NCBI GenBank assembly: GCA_965237955.1
Contig: OZ250169.1
Location: 5,920,001-5,984,000 of the forward strand
Origin: Candidatus Marinacidobacterales bacterium
Lineage (GTDB): Bacteria; Acidobacteriota; Vicinamibacteria; Marinacidobacterales; SMYC01
Length of the DNA stretch: 64,000 bases
Reading direction: 5' to 3'
The notes beneath the pieces were generated by a model. The model was not told where the DNA came from. It saw only the letters and a list, made by a program, of their open reading frames with translations, and did no database searches. Shown here one piece after another: positions 61,196 to 64,000 of the stretch; the first letter of the stretch is position 1; each line of letters starts with the position of its first letter. The translations under genes and the position numbers were made by a program.

Positions 61196-63121
61196 GGGCC
61201 GCCGACAAAATAACTGTCTAGTTTTGAGCACACTCTTCCTGTTTCAGGTCGTGATCGCGATGTCGTCTGGCATCACGAGAGCCTGGCAAGCTCCCTAGAA
61301 ACGGAACATTTGTAGATCTTCAGCAACCAGCGCGTGTTTGACAAACGGTCCTCATTTTAGGGAGGATTACGCCTATCAAGGAGCACTTCTCCTATTATGA
61401 GACCTACGAGCTATCAGTCTGAAGATCTCGACCGCCTGTTGAGGAAGCACAAAATAGCTACCCTCGATGATTTGAAGGCAGTGTTGGGTACCGATGTGGA
61501 CTCGACCGTCTTCCGAAAGCTCAATGAGTTGGCGTATCGGACAAGCTACTCCCACCGTGGTAGCTACTACACGTTGGACGAGATCGCCCAGTTCGATCGA
61601 AAAGGTCTTTGGTCGTTGCGCTCAGTGTGGTTCTCGAAGTACGGGACGTTGCTTGCGACGGTAAAAGCGTTGGTCGCGGCCTGTGAGGCAGGCTACTACG
61701 TCGACGAGCTCGAGGACGAGGTGCAGGTTGACGTCAAGGCTCCTCTGTTGAAACTGGTCCGAGAGAAAAGATTGGCGCGCGAGCAGGTGTTCGGCCGATA
61801 TCTGTATCTGGCCACCGATGTGAGCACGCGCAAGCAACAGCTCTCGGCCCGCCAGGTACATGAGGCGTCACCTTCCACGTTGGGCTGGGTCGGGGGAGTC
61901 CGCGTGCTCCCCGTGGAGTTGAAGGCTGCGATCGTTCTTTTCTACAGCCTGCTCGATGAAAAGCAGCGCCGTCTCTACGCGGGAGTCGAGGCCATGAAGC
62001 TCGGTCACGGTGGCGACCAACAGATTGCCGAACTGCTCGGGATGGATCCGAGCACGGTAGCCAGAGGTCGTAGGGAATTGCTAATGAGAGATGTTGAGCT
62101 CGACGGAGTTCGGCGAAAGGGTGGCGGACGGCGCGCCGTGCAAAAAAAACGCCAGAAGTCATCGCCAAGATCGAAGAACTCATGAAGCACGACACCGCGG
62201 GCGATCCGATGACGGGAGTGAAATGGACGCGGCGGACCACCGACAAGATTGCTTGCGAGCTAAGAAGCCTCGGTGTGAACGTCAGCAGCAAAACCGTCGG
62301 TCGACTGCTCAAACAGCTCGGCTTCTCGTTGCGGGTGAACCACAAGAAGCTGTGCGGTGCCACGTCCGAAGATCGCGATACCCAATTCGCGTGTATCGCC
62401 GAACTGCGCGAGCGTTTTGCCGCAGCTGGTCATCCCATCATCAGCGTAGACACGAAGAAACGGGAGCTGGTGGGATTATTCAAAAACGGCGGGCAGGCCT
62501 GGAACCGCGAGCCGACTCTCGTCAAAGACCATGACTTCCGTTCCGAATCGAACGGCATCGCAATCCCCTACGGCGTCTACGATCTGCTCGCGAACCGCGG
62601 GACAGTGTTCATTGGTACCTCGTACAACACCCCGGACTTCGCCGTGAATGCCATCGAGAAGTGGTGGCGAACGGAAGGACGGCGACGCTATCCTGCAGCC
62701 CGTGACCTCGCGATATTGGCAGACGCCGGGGGCAGCAATGGCTATCGGTGTCGGGGTTGGAAGCACGGGCTTCAAACGCGGATTTGCAATCGCCACGACA
62801 TCGCTATCACCATAGCCCACTATCCGTCCGGTTCATCCAAGTGGAATCCAGTGGAGCACCGTCTGTTCAGCGAGATCAGCAAGAACTGGGCGGGCAGGCC
62901 TCTCGACAGCTACGAAACCATCCTCAAATACATCCGCACGACCACCACCTCTTCCGGTTTGCGAGTACGCGCACACCTTATCCGGCGTCGTTATCCGAAG
63001 GGCGTCAAAATCACTGACGAGCGGATGCAGGCGCTTTCCGTTACAAAGGACCAGACTCTACCCAAATGGAACTACACCATCCGACCGTCTTGAAAACGGG
63101 AACTTATTTTGTCGCCGGCCC
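61196..63121 (+). mobile_element. ISAzo13-family element (ORFs 61397-62185 and ~62150-63093 joined by -1 frameshift at A8C 62142-62150)
   Basis: IR GGGCCG(C/G)CGACAAAATAA, 3-bp DR TTA; ISVDTKKRE, ADAGGSNG, SKWNPVEHRLF, WNYTI. Confidence 0.9.
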
Positions 63122-63148
63122 TTAGGGTATAATTGGAAGAGTCCGAGG

Positions 63149-63397
63149 ATGACCACGAACAAAACCATCGACGCGATTTATGAAGATGGCGTCTTTAAGC
63201 CGAAAGACCCCATCGATTTAGACGAAAGGACCGAAGTCCGCCTGGTCATTCAGCATATCGGCTCCTCGGATGAGGCGATCGCTCTTTTGGAGGCCTGGTC
63301 CGAAGGGGACGCTGTCGAGCAGGCTGAGACCTGGGCCTTTTTGAAGAAAGCACTCGACGAAGACCGTCTTTCCTCGCGCAAACTCTTCGAGAACTGA
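63149..63397 (+). CDS. Antitoxin, AF2212/DUF104-like
   Basis: IDAIYEDGVFKP motif; stop overlaps the PIN gene start. Confidence 0.8.
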   Translation: MTTNKTIDAIYEDGVFKPKDPIDLDERTEVRLVIQHIGSSDEAIALLEAWSEGDAVEQAETWAFLKKALDEDRLSSRKLFEN

Positions 63398-63842
63398 TGA
63401 TCGTCGTCCTGGACACAGGGCCGCTCGGGATGGTCACCCACCCGAGAGCATCCGGCGAAAATAGAGAATGCAGCACCTGGCTCCGGGGAATGCTCGAAGA
63501 CGGCCACCGCATCGTCATCCCGGAAATCTGCGACTACGAGCTTAGACGGGAGCTCGTCCGCGCGACAAGCAGGAGGGCTTGAAACGACTCGATGCTCTGG
63601 CGAGCGCTCTCGTTTATCTTCCCCTAGGTACAGCAGTGATGAGGCACGCAGCTCACCTGTGGGCGCTTGCGCGCAACGAGGGTCGGCCCACGGCCTCCAT
63701 GGACGCGCTCGATGCTGACGTCATACTCGCCGCACAAACGCTTTCCTTGCGGTCTGATGATGAGGCACCCCTCGGCGCGACGACGAACGTCGGCCATCTA
63801 GCGCGATTCGTCGACGCACGAGCGTGGCGCGAGATATCCTAA
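63397..63842 (+). pseudogene. PIN-domain toxin, frameshifted near 63563
   Basis: VLDTGPLG, PEICDYELRREL in one frame; LDADVILAAQ...TTNVGHL in the next. Confidence 0.82.
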
Positions 63843-64000
63843 ACGCACTGGCGGGCAAGCATTCACGGCGGCGGAGATCCATGCGGGACGGTCTGAAGAA
63901 TTGGCTGCGCGGATCCTCGTTACGTTGCCCGGCGACTTAGTTGACATGGACCGAAATGATTCCGTGGCGGCTTCCGCTTCAATGTTCAAAGAACGTCGAG

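Overview
GC-rich bacterial chromosomal segment; gene content and order suggest Acidobacteriota (inference only). Intact housekeeping blocks are dnaE-accA-lptC/A-lptB-rpoN-hpf-rapZ-PTS, ssb-cpoB-pal-tolB-tolA-tolR-tolQ and recN-miaB-DUF151-parA-parB. They alternate with accessory DNA being destroyed by insertion sequences (3x IS630, a passenger-carrying IS1595 with nested IS630 and IS21, IS3, IS256, ISL3, ISAzo13), deletions and frameshifts. Signals the ORF track misses: (1) three genes with an in-frame TGA followed by a SECIS-like hairpin, i.e. candidate selenoproteins: a ~908-aa FG-GAP/ASPIC-UnbV/TlpA protein split by the IS1595, a UxxC peroxiredoxin-like protein and an OsmC-like protein; (2) a XerCD dif-like site at 60920-60947 flanked by toxin-antitoxin pairs; (3) about 7 kb from that site, a DUF151-parA-parB unit whose sigma70 promoter is overlapped by two NrdR-box-like motifs and whose parB contains a non-canonical 16-bp palindrome, a possible terminus-proximal Par system; (4) a structured leader upstream of a stand-alone RodZ-like HTH gene. 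No tRNA, rRNA or CRISPR array was recognised. All family assignments come from motif recognition by eye; no searches were run.
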